From contig JAHBMJ010000443.1 in NCBI GenBank assembly GCA_018398765.1, positions 1 to 64,000 on the forward strand: a stretch of 64,000 nt of DNA, written 5' to 3'. The first letter of the stretch is position 1; each line of letters starts with the position of its first letter. Below the pieces are notes generated by a model that was not told the origin of the DNA, searched no databases, and worked only from the letters and a program-made list of their open reading frames with translations. Below, one piece after another: positions 11,477 through 28,785 of this stretch. Made by a program: the position numbers and the translations under genes. This stretch comes from Chromera velia (lineage: Eukaryota).

Positions 11477-14400
11477 GTGTTTGTGTGGTATATTAGTGCG
11501 TGTGTGTGTGCAGGTGTAGGTGTTCGCACGTGTTTGAACTTTTACCATTTTCCATGTGATTGGGTGCAGAGCATGTCTGCACTTCTTTCCTTCTTTCCAA
11601 GATACTTTTCTCCCTCCATCCCTCACAACAGCTCTCCCTGCTCCCTTTATTCCTGCAGATGACGGACGGTCACAGGATCTATCGCCTCGTGGAGGACAGA
11701 GAGGGGGCCCTGTGGAGCCCGGAGGTTTTCCGGGACCCGGGCCCGGCTTTCCGGGAGGGCCGCCTCAGTTTGCTCCAGACTTCCGCCCCCCTTTCATGCA
11801 GCCCCCCCACCACTTCCAACAGCCGTACCCCCCACACGGGGGCATGCCGAGGCCCCCCTTTCCCCCTTACAACAACCAGTGGCCTCCCCCAGAACATTTT
11901 TACCCCCACCAGCAAAACCCATACGGTCCGCCCCCACAACAACAATGGGGCCCGGGCCCCGGCAATCACCAGGGCCCCCAACGGAGCACGTCCCCGCCGC
12001 CTCCACAGGAAGGCCAGGAGACGGGAGGAGACGGCGAGGAGGACCCTGACGAGACAGAGGGAATGACCCGATTTGTTCCCTCTTTCAGGAGAGCACCCCA
12101 ACAATTTGACAGCCCCCCGGGGGATCAAGGAGGCGCGTCGCCCCTTCCACAACCGGAGACAGGAGAGGGAAGAGGGGAGAACGGAGACGTTCAGAAGTCC
12201 ACACAAGAGACGGCAGACCCCTCAGCAGGAGACGGTGGAGACGACGAGGAAGATGCCGAGCCTGCGCTATCCTTCGTCCCACGCGCAGTCCGAGAAGAAC
12301 AGCTGAAGCTCCAGGTGTCTCAAGCCGATTCAAGTGCAGAGCAAACTGCAGCAGCTCAACAGGATTCAGTTGATCCCCAAAAACGACCACAGGGAATGGG
12401 TCCCGGAGACGGAGAGGGAGGGGGCCCTTCATTCATGCCGGGGCCCCACTCAGGTTACCCCCCTCACGACGGACAGCCAGGGGGGGACGGCCCACCCCTG
12501 CAGGGCCAGGGTCAGGGGCCCATGCAGCGGGATGGAGGGCCCCGGCCGTATTTCGACGGACCCCCTCCGGAGTTCCAAGGCCAGGGCCCTCATCCCTTCC
12601 ACAACATGCCCCCACACTTCCATCCCCATATGGGACCCCCCCCCGGCCCGGGGGGGTTCAACGGTCCCCCTCCAGGCTCCTTCATGAACAGGGACCCTAG
12701 AGATGTCAGTCGGCCCTTTGAGACAGAAAGAAAATACATCGATCAATATCTGCACAAAACACCCTGTTGAAAAGAAAAACTTCTTTTTCGCACTTCCTTT
12801 GTCTTTTTTCCGCTTCTGTGCCGCCAGTGAGCCGTCAAAACAAAAAATTGCTGCCCCATCTTCACACATTGCCAGAACACGATGCTGGACACTCGTTCGT
12901 TCCCTGCCATCCACCCATGCGATGCCTTCCTGCAGGGTCCCCGTGTAATTCGTGACCATCCAATCTGGACTTGGAGAGTGGAGATCTGCCGAGAGATGAA
13001 GCACAAGAAGAACTGCGAGTTCGGGGAGTACTGCAAATACGCGCACAACGAGGACGATAGGGACTTCGCAGACCACGCCAGAAGGGTCAGGCAGGCAACA
13101 GGATAGAGAGAGAAGTGGAATGTGGGTGTACAAGCTATTTCTGTAGGCCTTTTTAAAGGACAGTCTAGATTTTTGGAGGCTCAGACAGATAGTTGGTAGA
13201 CACTGATGGACTCGTGCCCTTGCCGGTTTTTTTTTTTTTTTCTTCAAGTGCTAAAGTGTTGGGGTCAGATCTCAGCGCAGATTGTCTTGACATCCTTGAC
13301 CTGCATCTTTTCGTGTGTTAATTGAGTAGTCTGTGTGTTTACAATGGAGCCCTCTCCATCTCTGCAATCGAATTGCTCTCCCTCAGCCCCCCTTTGGCCA
13401 TAGTAACACGCAAAACCGATGACTCTCGAATATGCGACTAGCTCGTTTTCACGGGTGGGTTTTGATCACTGTCTCCCTCCCACTTGCTGGCCTGCTCACG
13501 TCCTGAGTATCTCAAAACCCACTATCCATCTACGCCGATTTGCACTTCTATCTAGGTGTCCCTCCGCAATCGCCTGTCCTCGCGTCTGTCCATCTGTCTG
13601 CAGATTTTCAAGCAGTGCGGGGACCTCCCTGAGATTTTTCTTTACACCTTCTACCCCCGTCTAGTTGATCAGGGAATGATCCCACCTGACGCGAAGAGAC
13701 CCAGACCCCCTCTGGGAAAAAGGAGATTCGTCAGACTGCCCCCACCTGCACCTGGGTTCTTTGATGGTGGTGCTCCGCCGCCATTCGGATTTCCGCCGCC
13801 GCATGGGCCCCCGGGTGTGTTTGACGAGCGCATGGGCCCACCGCCCGGAGGTTTCTTCCCGCCCCACGGCCCAGGCGGCCCCCCAATGGGCCCCGGCATG
13901 GGTCCCCCTCCGGATCAGCAGTGGGGAGAGGGTCCTCACCAAATGAGACCAGGGGAGGGCCCCGGCCCCGGTCCCTTTCCTGGGCCCGAGGGCCCCGGTC
14001 CGTTCCCCGGCGGCGCGTTCCCTCCAGGAGAGACGGGAGGCGTGGTGACGCCGGGGCCCGGGGGTGCCGGCAGCGTGAGGTCCACCGAGAGGGCCATGCA
14101 GGAGTCCGCGGGGCTCGGGGCCTTCAGGGGGGTGTCGGGGGGGTTGGAGAGAGAAGACACGGCCATGGGGGTAGAGGGAGACGGCGACCCGGAAGCAGAT
14201 GCAAAAGCTTTGGATGCGTGGTTGGACGGGGTCAGTAATTGAACGTATGTGTCGCTTGTTCGCTTTCTTTCTATTCGGAGTTTCGCAATGCCCTGCATAC
14301 AGTACCTGCGAGTTCGTCTGCATGTCTTCACGTCCGTCCGTTCATATGAAATAGATGATCTATTTGTGTGTGTGGAAGCAAAGAAAAGTACAAAGCATAC

Positions 14401-14531
14401 AGCGGCACTATTTTGGCATTAGCATCCCTTGACGGTTTTTGAATCTCGTTCTGAACGCATCTTGTTGGGAAGGTCGCAGAGAACACATGTCGTGGCCGTC
14501 TGTAAAACCGATCATTGTCTTTTCCCCAGGT

Positions 14532-14585
<54 letters not shown>

Positions 14586-15301
14586 TCTTTACCTATCCGT
14601 TACCGGAAAAAACATTCATTTCAGTTCGACTGATGCATTGTCCATTTCTGCATGCAGTTGTACGAGGACGAAGAAGAAGGAGAAGGGGAGGGGGAGGGAG
14701 AGGGCAAAGCAGAAGGAGACGATGCAGAAGAAGGAAAAGTCCCAAAGAATTTGTCTCAAGGGGAAAAGAAGGAGACGGAGACGGGTGGGTCCTCTTTCCC
14801 CAAAGCGGCAGGGGCCCTCAATGGAGGTCAGATACAAAGAAAGAAGGGAAAGAAGGGATGCATGTTTAGACGCTCTTTTTTCTTTGCCCCTACCATTGTC
14901 GTTCCATATTACCATTACCATTTCTTTTCTCTTTCGTTACCTTTTCTCACTTTCTGTTGTCGAGAATACCTTCGTGCATGGGGCGCCACTCTGACTGCAT
15001 GTGTGGGATACGCGTGTCTGCAAGTCGACTCCCTCGCCATGACTCACTGTTTTGCAAGCTATCCATTCTTCATGAGACCCGCGCATCTGAATTCATGCAC
15101 GTGTCACTAGCTATTGAACCATACATGAATGCAGGCTCCCTCCTTGGGCCTTCGGACTTCTCCAAGGTGAAGAGCTCGAACGAGAAGAGGATTCTTCACA
15201 GCCTGCAAGCTCTGCTCTCTGCCGCCTGCCCCCACTCCCAGCCTCTCCCCCCTCAAATCGAAAACGGGGGGGTGGCCCGTTTCGATCCTGGTCGAAGATG
15301 A
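9275..15301 (+). CDS. CCCH zinc-finger, Arg/Glu/Asp- and Pro/Gly-rich putative RNA-binding protein (7 exons)
   Basis: Phase-compatible exons 9275(or 9353)-9891, 10506-11272, 11659-12704, 12936-13085, 13604-14230, 14658-14826, 15135-15301. Exon 4 encodes C-x8-C-x5-C-x3-H (CREMKHKKNCEFGEYCKYAH). Confidence 0.8.
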
Positions 15302-16217
15302 TCGAACATGCTTTCTAGGTGTACAGAAACACCGTGCACATTTCATGGGAGAGAGATCGATCTGATCGATCAAGTACTGAAAAACAGAAGAAAACTTGTT
15401 TTTGCCTTAGCTGCTGTCTGGGTCGAATGTTAGGCTCTGCATGCATCATACACTGGATCAAAAAGACTGCTCTAGAGACTGCTTCCGTGCTATAACTCGA
15501 TCACTGATCAAAAACTCAGGATGAACCCCTTAATTAAATCGATCATTGCATATCTTGTATGCATCGGCATGCACAAACCTATGCATGCAGATTTAATTAA
15601 TATAAACTGTATGCTGAATTAGGTAGCATAACGCGCAGGCGCGCATAATATATGATGATGGTGATGTATGATGATGTATGCGTATTCCTATGTATGTGCC
15701 GTTTTTGCTTCTCTTCTTCATATTAATATGAAAAAGAATCTCTGTATAGCACTGTGTTGGCATTCATCCTTAATTGCTAAAGGTCGACGAAGCTGTTTTC
15801 CTCCCGGCAAACCGTTTAGCATTGTGCCATTGTTATGCAAACGGACTCAGTCTGCTTGCACAGCTTCTTGTCAAAGCTCTTGTTCTGATCCTTTTACCTT
15901 CGTGTGCTCCTCGATGCTATGCGTGCACATACAGTCGTTTCTGTTACATAGGATAGCCCATAAAACAGTTCTCATGCTGCAAAGAGAAGAGGTTCTCACA
16001 TGATAGCTAGACTTGATTTCATGCAGCGCATGCGTTGTCGAACGTGCATGCGTTCATGCAGTGAGCCCTGCAGGCAGCCGATTTTAATTTATCTCAAAAA
16101 TCGGCTGATCGGATTTGTTCTGTACACCGCGGCCCGGCAATACGCGCGCGTTTGGGGCCGTGAGGAGCGCTGCAGGGGCGGGGCCTTAATTGACGCGTTG
16201 CATGGCCATGATGCTGA

Positions 16218-18294
16218 CCTTAAAGAATTGGGAGTTGAATTGGGTGTTAAATTGGTAATACTACCAATTTTTTACCGCCAGTAACTCCCAATTTTGAAAA
16301 ATTGGTACCTAGTCTAGTGCAAGAAGTATATAAAATTTGAAGCTAAAATTTTCAGTACGGGCTAGACAAGGGCTCACTAGTCTCTAGCCGTAGTCATTAG
16401 GCTCTAATTCATTACTAGGAACAAATTCTGTAAACACTTAGAGTCACCTAAAAATTGGGAGTTACCAATTTTTAAATAGAAATTTTTTAGGACCGCCGAA
16501 AAAAAAATTGGTAGTACCAAAAAAAAAAAATTGGGAGTCAACTTGAAACTTTTGTTTTGTGTGTCATAGTGCACCGCTAATACAATGCAAAACGGACAGT
16601 GGACAGCTCTATACAAGCTGCACGTACTAGTATAAAAAACAGAGCGAAAATCAATCCAATTAACCATGTAAGCCTACTAGAATTCATAATCCCTCCATAT
16701 GCTATCAGATTCTGTCTGGATTGCCTGTGTCGGAGAAACCACAGGGCAGGAGATCCGGTGAAAAACTTCACCACAGAGTTTCCACTTTCTACAGAGGCGT
16801 CTCTAAAAACGGATCTTGACAAGTGTGAAGAAGTCGGCTTTCGCGAGAACCACCTGGAGGTCAAACAGAACCTCCTTGAACCTAAGTGCCACTTGAAAAA
16901 ATATAATCAAGATGATTTCTATCTACGGCATCGTTTTTCAAGAGACCGTCCACGCCTGCAGCGTAGATGGTTAAAAGACCGCCCAGATATGCGGCTTTGG
17001 CTTTCAAGACAATGTAAATGATCCACACTTGCGGCGCGGACTTTTAAGCTTATCCAAAAATGTGGCTTGAACTTTTAAGTGGTCGTTAGGTTCAGGGAGG
17101 TCTCAAACAGCGGGGTTTCACAAGAATTTCCCTTTTGTTGTCTCTGCTTTTCTTTTCTATCCTACGGTCCGTTCAACATGATATTTTGCATATCGCAGAC
17201 GAGGGTGAAGCGAAAAAAGAGCTGGGACTTTTTTTTGTTTGGGCAGTGAATGAGAAGAAGCTCTTTCAGATGGAAGAATTGAATTCATTTCTGTTTGATT
17301 CAGATATGTGGTGAAAAACAGGGCTGCCCCCTACTCAGTGGGTCCGAGGGATTTCGAGAAACAATAGAAAGATTAAATTGGGGGCTGCAGATATCAGACA
17401 CGTTTTCCCTCGCGTGGTTGAGTTCATGAAAAAAAGGTGTCCAGACATTTTTGTTGCAGAAAACCCTCCTGCTTGTTCTTTTTACTTGCATTCGTGGATC
17501 CTTTCCACGTTGACAGGTTCAATCACAGATGAGAAACTTGCAGAGCTGAAGATGGTGATAAAGACTTGGTAAGACCTTTTTTGCAAGTCTTATGGGTGGG
17601 CGGTCCCAAAGACTCACTTCTACTTGCACTTCCCGGTGTGGATCCGCCGGTTTGAGGGGTTGAACACAGCGAAATGCTACGGCTTTGAATCGAATCATAA
17701 GAAGGTTTGCAAACGTTTTGTTTTACAGGGGGGACGTTATTCATATGATCGTTTTATTCTGGAAGATCTGGTTTTTACGTGGTTGTGCAAGAGAAAGAAA
17801 CCCATGTAAGCATATTTTGCCGATGTCTGACGCCAGGAGGGACTTCGAGCATGAATAACACTATGAAACTATACAAAACTTATGGATTTATAAAGTTCTG
17901 TGCAGCCGTAACACTGTTCTATTACAGCGTTCTTTCTTTCCACATATATTTTACTTTCTAGGAGAAGTTATAAAATTGGTAGTCCCCCCAAAAAAATTGG
18001 GTGTTGATTTTCTTAAAAATTGGTAGTTAGTCCTAAAAAAAAATTGGTAACTCCCAATTTTTAGATGACTCTAAGTGTTCATAGAATTTGTTCCTAGTAA
18101 TGAATTAGAGTCTAATGACTGTAGCTAGAGACTAGTAAGCCTCTGTCTAGCCCGTACACAAAATTTTAGCTTCAAACTCCATGTACTTCTTTCACTAGAC
18201 TAGGTACCAATTTTTCAAAATTGGGAGTTACTGGCGGTAAAAAATTAGTAGTACTACCAATTCAACACCCAATTCAACTCCCAATTCTTTAGGG
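16218..18294. mobile_element. Non-autonomous DNA transposon with ~256-bp terminal inverted repeats and 2-bp TSD (CACTA/EnSpm-like)
   Basis: 16218-16473 is the reverse complement of ~18039-18294 (about 21 mismatches). Termini CC(T/C)TAAAG…CTTTAGGG are flanked by GA on both sides. Many AATTGG(G/T)A sub-terminal motifs. No transposase recognised inside. Confidence 0.85.
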
Positions 18295-20346
18295 GACACT
18301 TTTCATCCAATTCATTCAATCAGGTGCAAAACAGGTGCATCAGGTGTATCTGGTGCAAAGCAGGTGTAGCTGGTGTAACTGTCTGGTTTGCACCTTTTCT
18401 GAGGTACACCTTTTCCAAGCCCTATTTCTGTAACAGTAATACTAGAGGATTGCATGGCTAGTTGCATATGGTGTACATATACAGTAGCATACGAATACTG
18501 TTTTACGTATATGAGACTTTTTTATCTGCATGACGCTAGGTTTAGCATTTTCTGAATCCCAATGCGAATAACAAATTATCATTATCCTAGTCATCATCAT
18601 GATTATAGATACATTATATAGTGTTTTATAAATATTAAAATGTTTTATTTTACTACTATGCAGGCTAAATCCTGGCTAACACAGACTATAATACAGCTTT
18701 AAATCGTTTTTTAAATATCAAATTATTTGAATAATTCGAATTGAAACTAGAATTAAAATAAACAAACAGTTCTATATAGGTTTTATGTATAATTTTACAA
18801 ATGTGGCAACAAAAAACTTAACAAAAACTTGAATGTTTTCCAATTTCTGACGTGTCGTTCAGATTTCAATCTGCTGACGATGCTATGTTTGAACGTAGCC
18901 TGAGCCACTGTCGATCAGTGCTGAAATCCAACGCAACCAACCTCGAACGCAACTCAGAGTCTCAGACAGACTCCATCCCCTACTCAGGGCCTACTGTCTT
19001 GCCGTCAATTTTCAGCTCGCCTTTTAACCCACCCTTCTCCTTCCACTTGACCCATTTTACAACCCTTCGAAACAATCTCCACGATGCAGTCATGAGCATG
19101 TGCCGCAATGATGTGCGGCTGCGCACTTGCGCTTGCATGTGTTTGCTCGATCCCATGCACGCATCTCCAAGTTTCGTGCGTGCACGGCCTGGCTTTCTCT
19201 CTGGATAATTGCAAAGCCCCATGAGTTTGCTTCTTCCATCACCTCTTCCTGCAGCGCGCGCCGAGACATCGCAGTTCCCCTTCCTCTCCGAGCTGTAGGA
19301 AGACGGACGTTCTGACTTTCGTACAGGGAGGATTGATGCCTGTGAGAAGATTGCGTAAGCACAGTGAAGAAGAAAGGAAAGAAAAGGGGATTTCGGACAC
19401 TCAGGAAAGGAGGGGCTAAGGAGACAAACGTGTTGGCATACCACGTGTCCCCACGGGCAAACAGAGAGAGAAAGGGGGACTTGCTGGGAGGAAGAGAGAT
19501 CAGCAGAAAGAAGAAACGGGCGCAGGCGCCACATACACGAGGAAGGCAGTGAAGACTGCATGGCCACGCCACGCACTGCGCATGCCGTGTTGCCTCATCG
19601 TTCGCGATCCGGCACGACGGGTGCTCTACACGTACACAGCGATCGGTCGACCGGTTCCTCGAATGCGAAGAGAGGCTCATGCAGGAACCCAACAAACAAC
19701 GGTGCATGTCGCCATGCACACAAGAGGCTGTTCCAGCAACCTTTTCCCGATCCTCTCAATTGCTCTCTGGAGCATCCAACCTCCCGATGCCCTCCCTCAC
19801 TCCGTGCGAACGACCCTTTCTCTTCTTACGTTACTGCTTGATGTGCCCTCCCAACTCCTTCTCGTGCCCCGCTTCTATCCTCACCCGTCCCCTTTTTTCT
19901 TTTTACAAGCAGACGAACGTACACGGACAGAAAGGAAGAAAGAAAGAAACAGAGACGGAAAGATAGGGTCAAAAGGTACACAACGGACAGATAAGACGTA
20001 GAGTAACAAAAGAACGTTTTTGACGTTCCAACAAATGGGCCTTGCATTCAATCGACATAAAAAGCACTGCCTGCACTCAAACAGTAAGACGAGTGACGGA
20101 AAAAAGATGCTCGTCCGCATCAAGACAAAGAATTCTTAAATCAACGAAAACACATGAGGGAGCAAAAGACTCTACAAGTTTGTCGGAAGTCATGCAGACG
20201 CACAACCAACATTCAAATAGGAAAACACCCCCAGTCTCCCCCTCCCCCCCTCACACCTCATGCATCTATCTTTTGACGTCGTTCCTTTCCTACCAATCCC
20301 CTCTTCCTCTTTCTTTGTGTGTCCCTCCACCCCCCAAGAGAAGAAA

Positions 20347-23850
<3,504 letters not shown>

Positions 23851-25127
23851 TTAGCTCTGTCAGGAGGCAGAAAAGAAAAGATACGTCCTGGCTGAAACTT
23901 CGGTCACGAAAACCTGGGATTGCAGGAAAAGTGGGGCCCAACAAGACGCATCGCCTTCGTGCGAGCCCGTCACAAACAGACGGACAGACAATTTGTGAGA
24001 AAGGGGGCGGGGAGTGTGTATGTATGCACTACCGGACTCCGAAGGTTGCACGGCAGTTCGTTGCAATTGGCTCTTCACCATATATCGATAGACTAAAAAA
24101 AAATCATTACGCTGCTCAACCACCCCATTAAAAAAGCAGGGACAAGAACGAGTCTCACAGACATGCTTCAAGAACAGTCTCCTTCAAAAGATCTTAGCTC
24201 GGTCTGACCGACCTGAAAGAACCAGGTCTGCGTAGTCCGCGCTGCGTGCACGCGCTGCAATCATAGCAAGGACGGAGCATCAGCGTTAACAGAGAAATGA
24301 ATGCACAGACAAGGAAGACTGGGCAGGCGGGCAGTTTGGAGAGTCCACGCAGAGAACAGAGAGGGCAGTGTGGCGGGAGGAGACGGCAAGCGGTATGAGA
24401 GAAGAAAAGGGCAAACGGCTTTACTGACGTTGCATATTGAAAGAATGTACAGCGCTTCGGTAAGTCAGGTGGAATCACCAATTACTGGAAAACAGCACGG
24501 CAGAGAACAGAAAGCACAAAAGACACGCTGATCCGGGTTTTAGGTCAAAGGAAACGCACAGCACACAATAGTCTCTCAAGCGCGCTGCCCAGCCATAGAA
24601 TCCGGAAACGAAAAAAACGTCTTCACATGAAGGCGCCCCTTTTCACGTGTGCATAAGGTTGCTTCGGGTCACCTGGCAATAATTCAACACGAAAAGTAAA
24701 CTCTCGACCTCACACTGGCACGTCTTTTGGCATCTTTTGGCTCTCTGGTGCTGCTTGGCGTGACAATGTCTGACGTGGCCCCCAAAGCTTGCTGTTAATT
24801 GCCCGAATTGGACATGCATGCCGTGGCCACCGATTGCTGCCGCGGACCGCCGGTTTCAGATTGGGCGCGCGTGCACGAAGAGAATTCAGGCACAAATTAA
24901 AGGCTGATTTTTTTCGCGGTTTGAGGTCGCGAATTTTGTGCTCGTGGCAGGCCTTTTGACCCTTCTCTTCTCGAGAAGGAAAGCCCCCCCCTCTTTGTCA
25001 TTCGACTCACCCACGAAGCGAATATCTGTGGGTTCGCACGTCTTGTGCCTTGCTATCAGAGAGAGTACCGGAGAATCCGGTTTGTTGCGCTTTTTGGAAA
25101 CAATCTTGTTCTTTCTTATAGACGAAA

Positions 25128-27701
25128 ATGGCGGATGATGATCGCCGAGGGTCAGTCAGAGTGCCCATTTCTCCCAACCAGCCGCTTGTCTGTGTGCTCT
25201 GTCTTTCTCTGACCTCCTGTTTGCTGATCCCTTCTATGTGCTGCAGTGGAAGAGACTACTATGACCGCCGGGGAGGCGGAGGCTACGGTGATCGTGACAG
25301 GGACAGGGGGCGGTCGGATCGGTACGACGACCGTGGACGTGGAGGTGACAGGGACAGGGGGTACGACAGGGGGTATGATCGGTACGATGACAGGAGGGGA
25401 GGTGGAGGGTAAGTCTTTCAGGGAAACAAAGACAGCCTGTCGGTGTGGGTGGGGATGTAAATTGGGGGAAGAATGAGCTGAGGGTGCAGGTTTGCCGAAG
25501 TTTTCTGAATGGTAGAGAGAAAGTGGATGCTATGACCCAAAGTGGTTTCAAAGAGTGGTTTGAAGTTTTGCAAAGAAGACAGAAGGATCAACGCTTTCAT
25601 GTCCGAGTGCCCTGGACTCTTCTGCCTCTGCCTGTTCTTATTGGGGGTGCACGGATTCCCTGAGAACCATGTGCTTACCGTTGCTGACTTTCTGTGTACG
25701 ATCAAAATCATGATTCTTGCCCCCTGTCTTTTTGTTTCAGCCTTGGCTCTTTCATTTCAGCACCACGATATTCTGCTTTGTTTTTCGTTTGCTTACGTCT
25801 TCTCTCCCCTCCTGTGACTCTCACTTCGTCCCGTATGTCATATAGACAGGAAATTACCGTCTTGCTGCATCGTTGTTCATGATCCTCTGCCCTTCTCCCG
25901 GTGGCCGTCGAAGTGCACATCACAGCGCTCGATCTTAGCCTCCCAGAGTCACACGGGTGTCGTGAGAGTTCAATGGAAGGGAGTATTTTACATCTTTATG
26001 AGATGCAGGGGTTATGATCGCAGGGACAGGTATGACGACCGCGACCGTCGTGACCGTGGACGCGACAGATACGATGACCGCGGCAGGGGAGGGGACAGGT
26101 ATGGAGGTGGTGACAGGGGAGGGGACCGTGATAGGAGACCGCGCAGGGGAGGGGGTGGGGGTGAGGCGGAGATTGAGCGTCTGAGGCAGCAGCGCATGGA
26201 CAACGAGACGGTGATCGAGTCGAACTACGACGAGGAAACCGAGACTTTCGATGCGCTTGGGTTGAAGGAGGAGTTGCTCCGTGGGGTGTACGCGTACGGT
26301 TTCGAGAAGCCGTCTGCGATTCAGAAGAGAGGCATCAAGCCTGTGCTGGAGGGAAGGGACACAATCGGACAGGCTCAGTCTGGTACAGGGAAGACTGCGA
26401 CGTTCGTCGTGGCCATTCTCCAGGTGGGTCTTTTTGCTTTGGAGTGTGCACCTTTATGTGTTTTGCATCAATCTTGTGACGTTGTTGAAGGCGAAAGGAG
26501 TTCTGCTCTTCTCCTTGGAAACTCTCTTCACTGCTCTCTATTCATGCCTTCAAACGAAGGCCGTTTCTGTGGGGGGGGAAGAGGGGCTGGCAGCAGGGCA
26601 GAGAAGTGGAAAGGGCAAGGGGGAGAGGGGAGGGGATGAAAGGCAGGGGAGAGGGGAAGATGGGGACGTAAGAAGTGCGAAAGATGCTGAGAGGGAGGGC
26701 AGTTGGAGTGGTCGACTGTTGGTGGTGGACAGCGAGTCGGGCAGGGTTGTTGGTCAGAAGAGCCAGAGTTTTTCGCCTGAGTTTTGCCTGCTTGAAGGGA
26801 GGTCATTGGATTGAACTGACCAATTGACTGATTGACTGATTGATTGCAGAAAATCGATGTGGAGAGACTCGACGCCCAGGCGCTCGTCCTTGCTCCCACT
26901 CGTGAGCTGGCGGTGCAGATTCAGAAGGTGGGTTTCTGACTGAGGGGGTGGTGCAATCCTCTTGTATCAACATAAAACGACACCGATGTGCTATGCAGAG
27001 GTATTTTTGTTTTCACTGTCTCTTCGCCTTTCTTTTCCTTCTACAGCATGAAAGAAAGTTTTGCGCTTCCATCTGCTCGGCAGCAATAACTCCGCGCATC
27101 GGTCGTCTGCTTTCTATTTACCCGTCCTGGAGACACTGTCTGAATTTCAATGTGCTGCCGCTGCGCCTACAGGTCTGCCTTGCCCTTGGAGACTTCCTGA
27201 AGGTCCAGTGCCACTCCTGCGTCGGTGGAACGGACGTCAGAGCGGACATTCAGGCACTCAAGGTGGGTGGGTTGTGGGTGCATGGGTGTGGTGATTTCCG
27301 TTCATCTTGCAATCTTTCCTCTTTTCATTCCCTGTCAACTCTTCCCTGCGGTCGACTCTCTCCCTGCTGCCTTCTTTCTTTCTCTCCTCTTTGCCTGCTT
27401 TGGTTTGATGGCATGAGACCGTAGTAATTGACCGTGTGTGTGTGGGGNNNNNNNNNNNNNNNNNNNNNNNNNNNNNNNNNNNNNNNNNNNNNNNNNNNNN
27501 NNNNNNNNNNNNNNNNNNNNNNNNNNNNNNNNNNNNNNNNNNNNNNNNNNNNNNNNNNNNNNNNNNNNNNNNNNNNNNNNNNNNNNNNNNNNNNNNNNNN
27601 NNNNNNNNNNNNNNNNNNNNNNNNNNNNNNNNNNNNNNNNNNNGTGTGTGTGTGTGTGTGTGTGGGTGTGGGTGTGGGTGTGGGTGTGGGGGTGTGGGTG
27701 T

Positions 27702-27743
<42 letters not shown>

Positions 27744-28747
27744 GTGTGTGTGTGTGGGTGTGGGTGTGTGGTGTGTATCTGTGACCATGTCGTTCGATGG
27801 ATGTACGTGTGTCTGTCTGTCTGTCTCCCTGTTTGCAGTCTGGAGTCCACATGGTTGTGGGAACCCCCGGTCGTGTTGCTGACATGATCGACAAGCAGGC
27901 TCTGATCCTTGACCACATGAAGCTGTTCGTGCTCGACGAGGCAGACGAGATGCTCTCCAGAGGATTCAAGGACCAGATCTACGACATCTTCAAACAACTG
28001 CCCGCCAAGATCCAGGCACGTGGGCAGAAAGGGAGGGAGGTACAGAAGGAAGCAAAAGAAGGCTGAGTGTAGACGTTTTGTGGGAGACGACGTATAGGCG
28101 TCAGGATGGGTTCAAAGATTGCTGCTGGGAGGGAAGAGCCGGGTGGTGCGGGGGGGGGATCGGTGGGAAGGTTCAAATCTAGGAGAGGGATGGTTTGTTC
28201 GGCTGGGCTTTCTTAATGTTTTGCTGCTTGTATGTATGTCGTCAGATGTTTGCAGCTAGTCGTTTCACATCCTTTCACGGCCATGCATCACGCCTGCAGG
28301 TCGCCCTGTTCAGTGCCACTATGCCCGGAGACATCCTTGACTTGACGTCGAAATTCATGCGGGACCCCGTGAGGATTCTGGTGAAGAAGGACGAGCTGAC
28401 TCTCGAGGGTGGGTGGGGCCGTTTTTTTGTTGTTCTTGTGGTTTGGAGCGTTCGTTTGTTTGCTTGCTTGCTTGTTTGTTTGGCGGATTCATTCATTCCC
28501 GTTGTTCCAGAAGTAAGTCTCATGCTGTCTGCTGTAGTGGAGTTGAGGAGGGGTAGAAGGGAGTGATCCTCTGCTGTTTTTTTTTTGTGTGGTTTGTCTT
28601 TGAGGGTGATGAGACGTCAGGGTCAATTGAGAGACACTCTGACAAGACTTCCTAAGCGATCGACAGAAGAAAACTTGCGGGGGGGGGAGGGCCAGGGAGA
28701 AGGGAATTTCGTGACAAGACACCGGCATATGCGAGTGGTGTGGTCTT

Positions 28748-28785
<38 letters not shown>

